A stretch of 64,000 bases of DNA. Origin: Chloroflexota bacterium. GTDB taxonomy: Bacteria; Chloroflexota; UBA4733. Of the stretch, positions 27,959-39,051 are shown one piece after another. The notes below the pieces were generated by a model that was not told the DNA's origin, ran no database searches, and saw only the letters and a program-made list of their open reading frames with translations. Location: positions 27,635 through 91,634 of the forward strand of contig JBPCLN010000166.1 in assembly GCA_051003235.1 (NCBI GenBank). The letters run 5' to 3'. The position numbers and the translations under genes were made by a program. Within the stretch, counting starts at the first letter, position 1. Every line of letters starts with the position of its first letter.

Positions 27959-29428
27959 CTAGTAGCCTATCGGCTCCGCCGTCAGGCTCTTCATGTAAAT
28001 CTCCGGGTTAATCAGCTCTTCGAACTTCGCCTTGAAGACCCGGAGATCGTCCACCGTGATAATCTTGTCGCGCACCAGTTGGAGCATGCCGTTCATCTTC
28101 ATGCCGGTTTGTTGGTAGAGGCGAGCGTAGCGCTCGTAGAACTTCTCGATCGGTAGCCGGGTTGGCAAGACGGTGTGCAAGAAATCGAAGTGACGGGGAT
28201 CCTTGCTCACGAGCTTACTTTCCATTGTCTTATACAAGTCGGTTCCCGGTAGTGGCGTCAAGATGGTGAACTGCGGGCACTCGATATTGTACTGATTGAC
28301 AAATTCGGCCAGGCGATCGAAATCGTCCTCGCCCCAACTGGGGTCGACGATCAAGGCGCCCCAGATCTTCACACCGGCCTGATGCAAGATCTGGATGGCC
28401 TCCAGATTCACGCCCGGCTTACTGCCCTTGTTGAGCTTCTTCAGCGTTGCCTGGTCGATCGCCTCGATACCCATGAGCACCATATCCAGGCCGGCCTCAG
28501 CGAGGGCATGGAAGGATTCAGGATGCTCCACGATGTCGGACGCACGGCACTGGGCCCAGTAGCGCTTGTTGATGCCCTCGGCAATCAGCGCGCGAGCCAA
28601 ATCCTGGGCCACGTCGGGCTGGCGAAAGGCCAGATCATCAATGAACGGCACGTACTTGCCGTCGACCTGGCGGATTTCTTCCATGGTACGGGCGGCCGTC
28701 TCCGTCTTATAGTCGCCGCGGTGGAACTTCCAGACCGAGCAGAAGTTGCAGCGAAAGGCACAACCGCGCGCCGACTCCATGGTCCAGGGGTTATTGTGAT
28801 AGAGGAAGTAGTAGTGCTTGCGGTACTGCGCCACCAGGTCGCGGCGCGGGCGCGGGCGTTCGGTCATTTCCGCCGTCGGCGCCTTGTTGACGCGGAAGCG
28901 ATGATGATCCTCTTCCCAGGTCAGCAGGTGCTCACCGTCCTCCTGATAGTAGAGGCGGGGGATCTGCTTGATCTTCTCCCGGTCATGCTCGGCGACCGCC
29001 TGGATCAAGGCGCGGAAGGGCTGCTCCCCTTCCCCGCAAATCAGGTAGTCCACTTCCGGCAGGAAGAAGTCCTGAGGCGAAAGGCTGGCATGATGGCCGC
29101 CGACGACCACGACGATATCCCGGCTATAGGCCTTGATCCGGCGGACCACCGCCCGCACTATCGGCACGTCGGCAGTATAGCCGCAGCCGATGCCGACGAT
29201 GCCGGCCTGCGTCTCCGCCAGGCGCCCTTCCAGGTCTCGATCAATCCGCATGTCGATGATGCTGACGTCAACGAGATCATCCACCGCCCCGGCGATGAAC
29301 TCGAGGCTCAGTGGTTCCACCATGACCGTTTCGTTGAAGCCAACCAGATATTCGTTCTTGGGCTGGACAAGCAGCACTGGACCAACGCTCAAGCGCGGCG
29401 CCCGCAAAATCGGTAGCGATATCGCCAT
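27959..29428 (-). CDS. B12-binding-domain radical SAM enzyme (class B methyltransferase-like)
   Basis: The radical SAM cluster motif is CAFRCNFC. The N-terminal cobalamin-binding-like domain shows IVGIGC...VVVGGHH. ATG 29428 follows GGAGGG. The substrate cannot be assigned. GC is visibly lower than in neighbouring genes. Confidence 0.8.
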   Translation of the reverse strand: MAISLPILRAPRLSVGPVLLVQPKNEYLVGFNETVMVEPLSLEFIAGAVDDLVDVSIIDMRIDRDLEGRLAETQAGIVGIGCGYTADVPIVRAVVRRIKAYSRDIVVVVGGHHASLSPQDFFLPEVDYLICGEGEQPFRALIQAVAEHDREKIKQIPRLYYQEDGEHLLTWEEDHHRFRVNKAPTAEMTERPRPRRDLVAQYRKHYYFLYHNNPWTMESARGCAFRCNFCSVWKFHRGDYKTETAARTMEEIRQVDGKYVPFIDDLAFRQPDVAQDLARALIAEGINKRYWAQCRASDIVEHPESFHALAEAGLDMVLMGIEAIDQATLKKLNKGSKPGVNLEAIQILHQAGVKIWGALIVDPSWGEDDFDRLAEFVNQYNIECPQFTILTPLPGTDLYKTMESKLVSKDPRHFDFLHTVLPTRLPIEKFYERYARLYQQTGMKMNGMLQLVRDKIITVDDLRVFKAKFEELINPEIYMKSLTAEPIGY

Positions 29429-29661
29429 AATCGGTGTTTCCCTCCAGACAAGCCGCGTAGACCGCGCGATGTCTACCGTGATGTTCATATCATAGGACAC
29501 AGACGCCGAATTCGCACACGAATTTCACCAACTGCCATAGTCTTGTAACGACCGGGGGTGGCCGACAGTGGATGGATGGGCGAGCGTCGGGCGGGTGGAG
29601 GAGGGTCATATAGGCTTCTTACAGGCCATTAAGAGACGTTGAAAAATCGCTGACGGGGCAT

Positions 29662-30684
29662 TCAAGACGCGGTGCTACCCCAACCGCTTTCTTCGACAGC
29701 GAGCCGCCGCTGCAAGGGTCGCCACCAGGCTTCGTTGGCGACATACCATTCGACGGTGCGGCGCATGCCTTCGGCGAAATCCACTGCCGGCCGCCAGCCC
29801 AGTTCGCGCCTGATCTTGCCACTGTTGAGCAGATAGCGCCGGTCTAGGCCCGGCCGATCCGGTACATAGGTCTTGAGCGACGCCGGCTTGTGCAATAGCG
29901 CGAGTACGCTGTCGGTGATTTGTTCGACGCTCTGCTCGACGCCGCTGCCAATGTTATAGAGCTCACCGATCCGCCCCTCCTTCAGAATCAGATCAATCGC
30001 CGTGCAGTGATCGCTGACATAGAGCCACTCTCGCCGGTTGGCGCTGCTGCGGTACAGGGGCAGCGGCCGGTCGTCGATGGCGTTGGTGATGAAGAGGGGG
30101 ATCACCTTCTCGGGAAACTGATATGGCCCGAGGTTGTTAGCACAGGTGGAGATCGTGACGGGCAGCCCGAACGTTTCCTGATAGCTGCGCACCACCAGGT
30201 CACCGCCGGCTTTGGCGGCATTATACGGAGTGCGCGGCCGATATGGGTGCTCCTCGCTGAAGCTGTCCGGACTATCCAGCGGCAGATCGCCGAATACCTC
30301 GCAGGTGCTAACGTGATGCACACGGGGCGTTTTCGCCCGGCGGCATGCTTCCATCAGCCCTTGCGTGCCCAGAACGTTGGTGCGTAGAAAGGCGCCTGGG
30401 TCGAGCAGCGCCCGGCTGTTATGGCTCTCGGCGGCGAAATTTATCACGGCGTCAATGCGCTGGTCCGTGAGCACATGCTCCACCAGATCGACGTTACCGA
30501 TATCACCACGCACGAATCGGTAGCGTTGACCGTGCGCTTTGGCGACATCCGCCACACTGGCGAGGTTCCCGGCATAGGTGAGCGCATCCAGATTCACGAC
30601 CGCGTCGTCGGGATAACGTTCTAACCAGTACCGAATGAAGTTCGAGCCAATAAAGCCGGCTCCGCCGGTGACAAGCACGCGCAT
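29662..30684 (-). CDS. rfbB: dTDP-glucose 4,6-dehydratase
   Basis: MRVLVTGGAGFIGSNF, YAGNL, the catalytic YNAAK and the STCEVFG block are present. ATG 30684 follows GGGAGAA. Confidence 0.9.
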   Translation of the reverse strand: MRVLVTGGAGFIGSNFIRYWLERYPDDAVVNLDALTYAGNLASVADVAKAHGQRYRFVRGDIGNVDLVEHVLTDQRIDAVINFAAESHNSRALLDPGAFLRTNVLGTQGLMEACRRAKTPRVHHVSTCEVFGDLPLDSPDSFSEEHPYRPRTPYNAAKAGGDLVVRSYQETFGLPVTISTCANNLGPYQFPEKVIPLFITNAIDDRPLPLYRSSANRREWLYVSDHCTAIDLILKEGRIGELYNIGSGVEQSVEQITDSVLALLHKPASLKTYVPDRPGLDRRYLLNSGKIRRELGWRPAVDFAEGMRRTVEWYVANEAWWRPLQRRLAVEESGWGSTAS

Positions 30685-30755
30685 ATGTTCTCCCTTTGTC
30701 AACGTCCTCCGGCAATGTACCGCATTGCCGGAGGAGCGGACGTCGGAGGCGCGGC

Positions 30756-31466
30756 CTACTTCGTGGTCTCGAGGTTTCGGCGGCCGCCTGCCCCACCACC
30801 ACCACCCGTCGCCGGCATCTGTGCCGGAACGCGGGCTATGGCAGCCGCAGAGCTACTCAGGGTAACGGGAACGAGAACCGGACTGCCGTTCAACATGTGT
30901 ACCTGGTAGGTAACGGTCGTAGTCCCACGCGACGGACAGCAGAGGGGATCAGCCGCCGCGTACCGGGTGAATACTGCCTGGATTCTCCCATCGGGCCAGT
31001 CGCTGACACCGAATTTGCCGTTGGGTGTGTCCAACACTCCATCGGAACGCGAATTCATGTTCACCGGCGAGAGCGTACCGGCATATTTACCGGAGGTGAA
31101 CACGAACACATTGAATGCCAGAGGCCGGCACATGCCGTCGTAGTCTGCCAACGCCGTCACCAGAGTGCGCTCACCAATCACCAGCGCCGGCCAGTAGGCT
31201 TCGAGCTTCCAGCCCATTCCGGTAAGGAGGCTTTCCTCGGCGCTGCTCGGGGAAACCTCACGCGTCCGGCAGCGAGGATCACCATTTTGCAGCGGCGGCG
31301 CCTTGGGAGGGCCTGCCGCCGGCACGTTCCAGGCCCTCGGCGTCGAATCCAACCACGTCGCGCTCTGCGCTGTGGTGGTACCCACCATCGTTCCCAGGAT
31401 CAGCAGTGCCAGCGCGAGCGCTAGGCAGGCCGTCCTGCGCAGCGTGCCGATTCGAGTTCTCACCAT
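30756..31466 (-). CDS. Secreted protein of unknown function (possibly LppP/LprE-like)
   Basis: A signal peptide (MVRTRIGTLRRTACLALALALLILG) precedes a Cys-containing globular body. ATG 31466 follows GGAAG. The ORF-track extension to 32435 is antisense to two better-supported genes and is rejected. Confidence 0.6.
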   Translation of the reverse strand: MVRTRIGTLRRTACLALALALLILGTMVGTTTAQSATWLDSTPRAWNVPAAGPPKAPPLQNGDPRCRTREVSPSSAEESLLTGMGWKLEAYWPALVIGERTLVTALADYDGMCRPLAFNVFVFTSGKYAGTLSPVNMNSRSDGVLDTPNGKFGVSDWPDGRIQAVFTRYAAADPLCCPSRGTTTVTYQVHMLNGSPVLVPVTLSSSAAAIARVPAQMPATGGGGGAGGRRNLETTK

Positions 31467-31731
31467 CGCGCTTCCAGCACCTGCTAGTCCCCCTCGCCTC
31501 GGCGTTGACGGTAGTCGAGTATACACAGGCCAGATACCAAACTCTGTGGTCTTCAGGCAAGCTTCAGCTTTTCCGCCATTCCCTTCACCGCGACCGTGCA
31601 AGCTAGGTGGAGTACGAGAGGACGCGGAAATGGACGAGCGAGTGGCAGCGGACGGCAGCGAGCGCGGACCGCCGGGGCGAGGATCGTTGGGGCATGAATG
31701 TTTCGCCTCAATCTGGAAAAGGAGGTAGTGT

Positions 31732-32190
31732 ATGCAGCCATGGTCACCCTTCTGGCGCTGGCTGGTGGTCGGCGTGCTGGCGGCGATGACCATCGCCTGG
31801 GTGGCGCAATCGCATTCGGGCGGACGGGAAACCGCGTTTCCCGCAAGCCATGACAGTCGATGGATACAAAAGGGGCCAGGGACGGTCGGAATCAGCAACG
31901 ACTGTTCCAACGGCAAAGGGGCGGCGGTTGGGGTAACTGGTAGCGATGGCAAAGCGGCGCAGCACGTCTGCGTCAACGTTCCCGGCGCCACGGTCAATGT
32001 CGCCGGTGACGGCAGTGTCGCCGTCACCGGCAGCGCTGTGACTGTCAGCCCGGACCTCAAGGTGGCGGCGACGCTGCAGCGCGAGCGGGACCAACTGCAG
32101 CGGCAAGAGGCCGAGCTGCAGAAGCAACAGGCGCAACTGAGCGCCCGAATGGCGGCCCTCCAGGCCCGCCTGAATAGCCTGGGCCAGTAG
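31732..32190 (+). CDS. Membrane-anchored protein with Gly/Val-rich beta segment and C-terminal coiled coil
   Basis: Strong RBS AAGGAGG lies 7 nt upstream. It has an N-terminal TM helix and a C-terminal heptad-like segment QRERDQLQRQEAELQKQQAQLSARMAALQARL. Confidence 0.6.
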   Translation: MQPWSPFWRWLVVGVLAAMTIAWVAQSHSGGRETAFPASHDSRWIQKGPGTVGISNDCSNGKGAAVGVTGSDGKAAQHVCVNVPGATVNVAGDGSVAVTGSAVTVSPDLKVAATLQRERDQLQRQEAELQKQQAQLSARMAALQARLNSLGQ

Positions 32191-32247
32191 AAGGCATTCG
32201 GTCCACTGTTGGGCCGGAGCTGGACTTTCGAAGAAGGAGAGCGTCTG

Positions 32248-32790
32248 ATGGGACTGATCTTCGGGATTGTCATCGTGGCGGGATTCCTGTATTTCGCCAA
32301 CAACCGGAACATGGATTGGCGAGGAGGTCTGATGAATAACAACCACTGGCATGAGGGGCCGCCGCCTCTCCTGATTATTGTCGGCTTCGGCATCCTGTTG
32401 CTGCTGATGATGCACATGTTGCCTTTGCTGATCATCGGCGCCGGTGGCTATTTCGCCTATCGCGTCCTCAGCCACAATAAGGGCAGCATGCCGGTGATCA
32501 ACCTGGGCACGCGCGGCCCCGGTCGCGTTGCCGATGCCGCCGAGGCGGGCATCTTCTGCCCTTCCTGCAACACGGCGGTCTCCCGCAATTGGGCGACCTG
32601 CCCGCACTGCGGCTACCGCAAGTACCTCGCGCCGGAACTGATTCGCCGCCGCTGCAGCACCTGCGGCACCGAACTGCAGAAGGACTGGAATGCCTGCCCC
32701 TACTGCAGCACCACGATCCAGGAGCCGATCACCGCATCGGCTCCTGGTCCGGCCCAACCGCAAGGGCCAACCAGCACCGCGCTGTTGTAA
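32248..32790 (+). CDS. Two-TM protein with C-terminal double zinc-ribbon
   Basis: Two CxxC...CxxC units are present: CPSC..CPHC and CSTC..CPYC. ATG 32248 follows GAAGGAGAG. Confidence 0.65.
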   Translation: MGLIFGIVIVAGFLYFANNRNMDWRGGLMNNNHWHEGPPPLLIIVGFGILLLLMMHMLPLLIIGAGGYFAYRVLSHNKGSMPVINLGTRGPGRVADAAEAGIFCPSCNTAVSRNWATCPHCGYRKYLAPELIRRRCSTCGTELQKDWNACPYCSTTIQEPITASAPGPAQPQGPTSTALL

Positions 32791-32818
32791 CGCCGGCTTG
32801 CTGAGCCGGACCGCCTTC

Positions 32819-32857
32819 GTTGAAGGGGCGGGGAGCTTCGGCTCCCGCCCCTTCAAC
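32819..32857 (+). terminator. GC-rich stem-loop after the zinc-ribbon gene
   Basis: GTTGAAGGGGCGGGGAGC-TTCG-GCTCCCGCCCCTTCAAC forms a 17-bp stem with one bulge. No U-tract follows. Confidence 0.55.
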
Positions 32858-32939
32858 ATGTCCGAAATAACGGCCTGCGCGTATACTTGGCGCGTGAACG
32901 TCGAGACCAGTCTATCGGCATCTAACGGGCGGTAGCGGC

Positions 32940-33859
32940 GTGAAAGTTTACCTCGACACCGATTTCGGCGGAGATATGGACGATCTCTGCGCCCTCACCA
33001 TGCCCTTGCACTGGCCGGATGCGGAGATTGTCGGCATCACGACGGTGGCCGAGGAACGGGGTCATCGAGCCGGCTACGTGAGCTATGCCTTGAAGCTGGC
33101 CCGCCGCGGAGACATTCCCGTAGCCGCCGGCGCCGATGGCGCGCGGCACACCTTCCGTTCCCCGGTTGCCTTTCCCGATGAAGCGGCCTACTGGCCGGAG
33201 CCGATCACGCCCTGCCCCGGCCCAGAGGATGCAGCATTGGCGCTCCTGTGCCGCAGTGTCGAGGCTGGGGCAACCGTGATCGCGGTTGGTCCCTACACAA
33301 ACCTGGCTCTCGCTGACAGTGCGTTCCCTGGATTGCTGGCCGGTGCGCCACTCTATACTTATGGGCGGCCATATCCGCCCGGTCCCGCCGGGCTTCCCCG
33401 CCTGGGATCATCGCACAGACTGGAATAGCCAGTACGACGTGGACGCGGCGCGCTACGTCCTGGAACGACTGCGGCCCAACGCTCGTCCCGTTGGAAGTAA
33501 CAGCCCAGACGGCGCTCCGGCGTGCTTTCCTGCCGGCGTTGGAGGACGCCGGACCGCTCGGTCGACTTCTGGCGCGCCAGGCCCGCGCCTGCGCTGCCGA
33601 ATATCAGAATGAGGAAACCTACGGGCGAACGTGTGCCGGTTTGCCGGACGATATCATCAACTTCCTTCATGACCCGCTGGCCTGCGCCGTCGCCCTGGGC
33701 TGGGACGGTGTCACTGTTGATCAGCTCCCGCTCGTGGCAGAACTGCGCGACGGCTGGCTCCAGACGCGAGCCGCGCCCGATTGGAGGCTGCTGTCCGTCG
33801 TCACGGCAGTAGAAGGCCCGCGCTTCAACGCGTTCTGGCTGAACCTTGTGTGCAGCTAA
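32940..33859 (+). pseudogene. Inosine/uridine-preferring nucleoside hydrolase, disrupted by two frameshifts
   Basis: The N-terminal signature DTDFGGDMDDLCAL is in frame 0. The MGGHIRP...NSQYDVDAARYVLE block is in frame +1 from about 33345. CGPTLVPLEVTAQTAL to the C-terminus is in frame +2 from about 33462. The three pieces total about 306 aa, the normal family length. Confidence 0.75.
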
Positions 33860-33914
33860 CGCCCAACGATGGGCAGCGCCGATGCCTACCTTTTCGGCGA
33901 GCCGCACGCCATGA

Positions 33915-35564
<1,650 letters not shown>

Positions 35565-35776
35565 TACCTTCTCCCTCCGTCGCTGCCACACCTATTGATC
35601 CAGCAACAGGCAGGGAGCGATGCCGGCTTCCCGCCTGCTGCCATCGGTCGTCATCCCGTGTACCGACAGTGTAGCGCCAGACGCCCGACGGCAGTCACGT
35701 AGCGAACCAAACAACGCTGGCACCGCTAATGCGCCATGGGGAGAGCGCGGGATCGGTCCCCGGCGAGGAGTATTCG

Positions 35777-36751
35777 ATGCGCTGGTTGGCAGTTGGCGGC
35801 ATACTGTTGGGCCTGCTGCTGCCGTCCACGCTGGCCCATGCGGCTCCTACCTGCCAGTTCCAACTGGGCTTCGCCACGCTGCAGCAATTGCTGCCGGATC
35901 GCATCGGTACCTGCCTGGACGACGCCCGCTATGACGCCACCGGTGACGCCGTGCAGCACACCGAGTTTGGGCTGCTTGCCTGGCGCAAAGCGGACAACTG
36001 GACAGCGTTCACCGACGGCTATCACACCTGGGTCAACGGCCCCGCTGGTATCCAGGAGCGCCTGAACAGCCAACGCTTCAGTTGGGAAGCCAATGCTGAC
36101 GGGCTGCCGATCGCTGACCAACCAGCAGCCGTGCCGCCAGCGGCGGCAGCCGTGCCGATTGATTCTACGGCCATCCGCACCATTCCAGCGGCTGCCGTCT
36201 CGACAGCCGGACTGACCGCGCTGGCTGATCCCGCGTTGGCCCGCGTGAACGGCGCCGCCGCCGTGCTGGCCTGGGTGCGCAACGATGCTGGGACGCCGCT
36301 GAGCGCCCAGCTCGTCGCCACGCTCACCGACAGCACGAACGGCGTCGTCGGCACCGCTAGGGACACGTTGACGGACCTGCAACCCGGCCAGACAAAGCTC
36401 GTTGCGCTCACCTCCATCGCCGAGGCAAGCGCAGTCAGCGGCTTGCGCTTTCAGTTCACGGCGGTCGTCGCGGGCCACACGACGCCCGCCTTCCTCAAGC
36501 TAAGCAACACGGAAATAGACCCCATTGATCCCAAGTATGTCCTGGTGACGATCACCAACACCGATACGACTGCACACAGCGGCTTCGTCAGCATCGCCAT
36601 CACCAGCGCGAGCGGGACCATTGAGGGCATCGCCTTCGGGCCCTACGACCAACTCAACCCCGGCCTGTCCAAGACCGTGCGCTGTATCAGCCTGCTGGGG
36701 CCGCTTCCGGCGGGGGCGCAACTCGCGGCACAGGTCGACACGGCGCTGTGA
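35777..36751 (+). CDS. Secreted protein of unknown function
   Basis: Signal peptide is MRWLAVGGILLGLLLPSTLAHA. This is followed by a Cys-pair N-terminal domain and a beta-rich C-terminal region. I recognise no family. Confidence 0.6.
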   Translation: MRWLAVGGILLGLLLPSTLAHAAPTCQFQLGFATLQQLLPDRIGTCLDDARYDATGDAVQHTEFGLLAWRKADNWTAFTDGYHTWVNGPAGIQERLNSQRFSWEANADGLPIADQPAAVPPAAAAVPIDSTAIRTIPAAAVSTAGLTALADPALARVNGAAAVLAWVRNDAGTPLSAQLVATLTDSTNGVVGTARDTLTDLQPGQTKLVALTSIAEASAVSGLRFQFTAVVAGHTTPAFLKLSNTEIDPIDPKYVLVTITNTDTTAHSGFVSIAITSASGTIEGIAFGPYDQLNPGLSKTVRCISLLGPLPAGAQLAAQVDTAL

Positions 36752-36792
36752 GCGGGGGCCCCGACCCTGGGGACCCCACCACGACGCTAATT

Positions 36793-36852
36793 CTTCCAGC
36801 ACCGCGTACGTCTGCCGTCACTACGCACGGTAGACGTACAGGGTACTGGAAG
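36793..36852. terminator. Long imperfect hairpin between convergent genes (possible bidirectional terminator)
   Basis: Arms at 36793-36813 and 36832-36852 pair at 18 of 21 positions, with an additional inner CCGT/ACGG pairing. Confidence 0.4.
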
Positions 36853-36926
36853 GGCCGCATTCCCCTGACAGATCAGGCAGATACACGCCGAAGTGGAACG
36901 AGTCCATACCCGCCGAATCCCACGTG

Positions 36927-37828
36927 CTACGCCGCCGGCCCGCGTTGCGCATCGCGCAGGATGCGCCAACCGACGCGCACGATGCCCAGTTCCTCGATCG
37001 TCCGGCGCACGTCGGCATCGTCGGTCATGAGGCGGTAGGCTTCCGCCCGCGCTTCCCAATCCCGCATGATCGCTTTTGCCTCTGCTGTTGGGAGTGCGGC
37101 GTGCAGGACGAGTTCCGTCACACCTGGTTGGAGGGTACGCAACGTCTCCAGCAGTTGCGCCTTGAGCGCCGGGGGATTCTGCAAGGAGATGGAGCGAATA
37201 TCGTCCAGCGTCAGCAGTCCGTCCAGTGTCACGCGCTGCTGTTCGACCGCCTGACGGGCTGCTTCCAGACGCCGCGGCGCCATGCGCAACGGTAGGCGAT
37301 AGGCGCGCGCTAGATCAACGTACACCGGTAGGTAGTGTGGGTGCGCGTAGAACGTCCCCATGTGCCCATCCAGATTGGTCGGGTCGAGGCCCCAGTCCAG
37401 CGCCCGGCGGATTTGCGCCTCCGCCTCGGCCTTGATCTCCTCGGGCGCTCCCCGCTCAAACAGCCCTTCCGACGGCTGACGATGGAAGAAGCCCTGCTCG
37501 TTGACCAGCGAGGGACAACGCGCCGCGCCGAGCAGCGGTCCCAACGGTAAGTCTGCCACTCGCTGGTGAGGGTGAGGTGCACGCCGATTTCCAACTGCGG
37601 ATGGGCGCGGACGTAGGCACAAGCGTCATAGGCCCAGGGGCATGGCAGCATGAGGGAGGCGGCCGTCAACAGCCCCCGCTCCATGGCGTCGAAGGTAGCG
37701 GCATTGGCAGCGTGGCACATGCCCAGATCGTCGCCGTTGAGGATGAGCAGCCGCGCATCAGGCGGCTGGGACAACATGGCGAGCTTCTCCGCCACGCCGG
37801 GCGAGGTAACGCGGTCGGGCAAAGGCAT
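36927..37828 (-). pseudogene. ChbG/HpnK (YdjC-like) carbohydrate deacetylase with one frameshift
   Basis: The N-terminal part (LILNGDDLGMCHAANAA...HLTLTSEWQTYRW) and the C-terminal part (GPLLGAARCPSLVNEQGFF...DGHMG...) are in different frames. The junction is at a GGG run near 37540-37542, consistent with loss of one G. Confidence 0.7.
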
Positions 37829-37983
37829 CCCCTCCTTTCATCATGCGGTGATTCTAGCCTACACGGCTGGACGCTCGTTTGCCGCTAGGTCAAGCGCAAG
37901 GAACTTGTAAACTCGTGGCGGAGCAGTTGTTTCGCTCCACGAAGGCCAAACTCCCGCGTATCCTGCACGGCTGCCGTGCCGAT

Positions 37984-38664
37984 CTATACCGCCTCGAAGT
38001 TTGTCATCATCGCGCAGTCTTCGTGCTGCAGGTTGTGGCAGTGCATCACGTACTTCCCTTTGTAGCCTTCGAAGCGCATGATCACGCGCATTTCCTCGCC
38101 TTCCGGCACGTTGACTGTGTCCTTCCAGCCTGTCTCGTAGGCGGCCGGCTTCACCCCTTTGCGGTCGAGGAGCTGGAAGTTGACCAGGCGCACGTGGATC
38201 GGATGGGGCATGCCGTGGATGCCGCCCAGCTTGTGGTTGACGAAGTGCCAGGTCTCCACGTCGCCCAGCTTCGGGGCGGCGTCGATGCGATTCGGATCAA
38301 AGGTCTGGCCATTGATCGTCCACTCGTAGGGCAGGTGGGCCCAGCTCAGTGTCGGGCCGAAGACGAAGGTGCGCTCCCGCACCGCCTGCTCCGGGCGCAA
38401 CGGCTCAATCGTCGTAAGGGTAGCGGGAACAGTGCTGTCGTCCACCGCGCTGCGCGTCACGTCGAAGCGCATGGCTGCCGCCATGTCGCCGGACTTATTC
38501 TGGTTCTGCAAGATTACCTGGCTGCCCAACGGATAGGCAGCGAAGTCGATCACCACCTCGATCCGCTCGGCGGGCGACAGCGGGATGCTCTGGCTCTGCA
38601 CCGGCGCGGGCAAGAGGCCGCCATCGGTGGCGATCGGGAGCAGGGGGTGATCGGGGCCGAACAC
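37984..38664 (-). pseudogene. Multicopper oxidase (CotA/bilirubin-oxidase-like) fragment, 5'-truncated
   Basis: It contains only the distal part: ATDGGLL, HPIHVRLVNFQ and the HCHNLQHEDCAMM copper site. About 300 N-terminal aa, including the HWHG-type sites, are absent. Upstream in-frame sequence is not MCO-like. Confidence 0.75.
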
Positions 38665-38768
38665 CTTGTTCGACTCGCAGGAATCATCCGGCGCCGCACC
38701 CTCCGTCGTCGTCCGCCGGCGGGCGGCTCTTTCGCCTACTCCCGGCAGGATCCCCGGCGAAACTGGCT

Positions 38769-38972
38769 GTGCTGACCGACCGCGAACGCGAGGTCATGGC
38801 CCTGGTCGCTGCAGGTCTCAGCAACGAAGAGATTGCCGACGAACTCGTCATCAGCCCTGCCACCGCCAAGACCCACGTCAGCCGCGCCATGGTCAAACTC
38901 GACGCCCGCGACCGCGCCCAACTCGTGGTGCTTGCCTACGAAACGGGACTGGTCGCGCCAGGACGGCGCTGA
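38769..38972 (+). pseudogene. LuxR/NarL-type C-terminal HTH fragment, lacking any receiver or N-terminal domain
   Basis: LTDREREVMALVAAGLSNEEIADELVISPATAKTHVSRAMVKLD is a complete GerE/LuxR HTH. Only 67 aa are present, and the upstream frame is not receiver-like. Confidence 0.65.
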
Positions 38973-39051
38973 CGGTGTGTTGCCACGCTAAAATGGTAGC
39001 GGTTGGCAGGAGTTCTCGCGCGGTCAAAACCAGAAAGGCGGTGCAACTTCT

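Noticed and set aside
29509-29527. Small palindrome GAATTCGCACACGAATT upstream of the radical SAM gene
   Set aside because: It is short and imperfect (6 of 7 per arm) with no supporting context. Evidence is insufficient to call an operator.
30756-32435. 559-aa minus-strand ORF
   Set aside because: Only the C-terminal 236 codons (30756-31466) look like a real protein, with a signal peptide and an RBS. The upstream part is antisense to two plus-strand genes with strong RBSs and sensible products.
37530-37550. Programmed ribosomal frameshift in the YdjC-like gene
   Set aside because: There is no slippery heptamer or downstream structure. A one-base loss in a GGG run is the simpler explanation.
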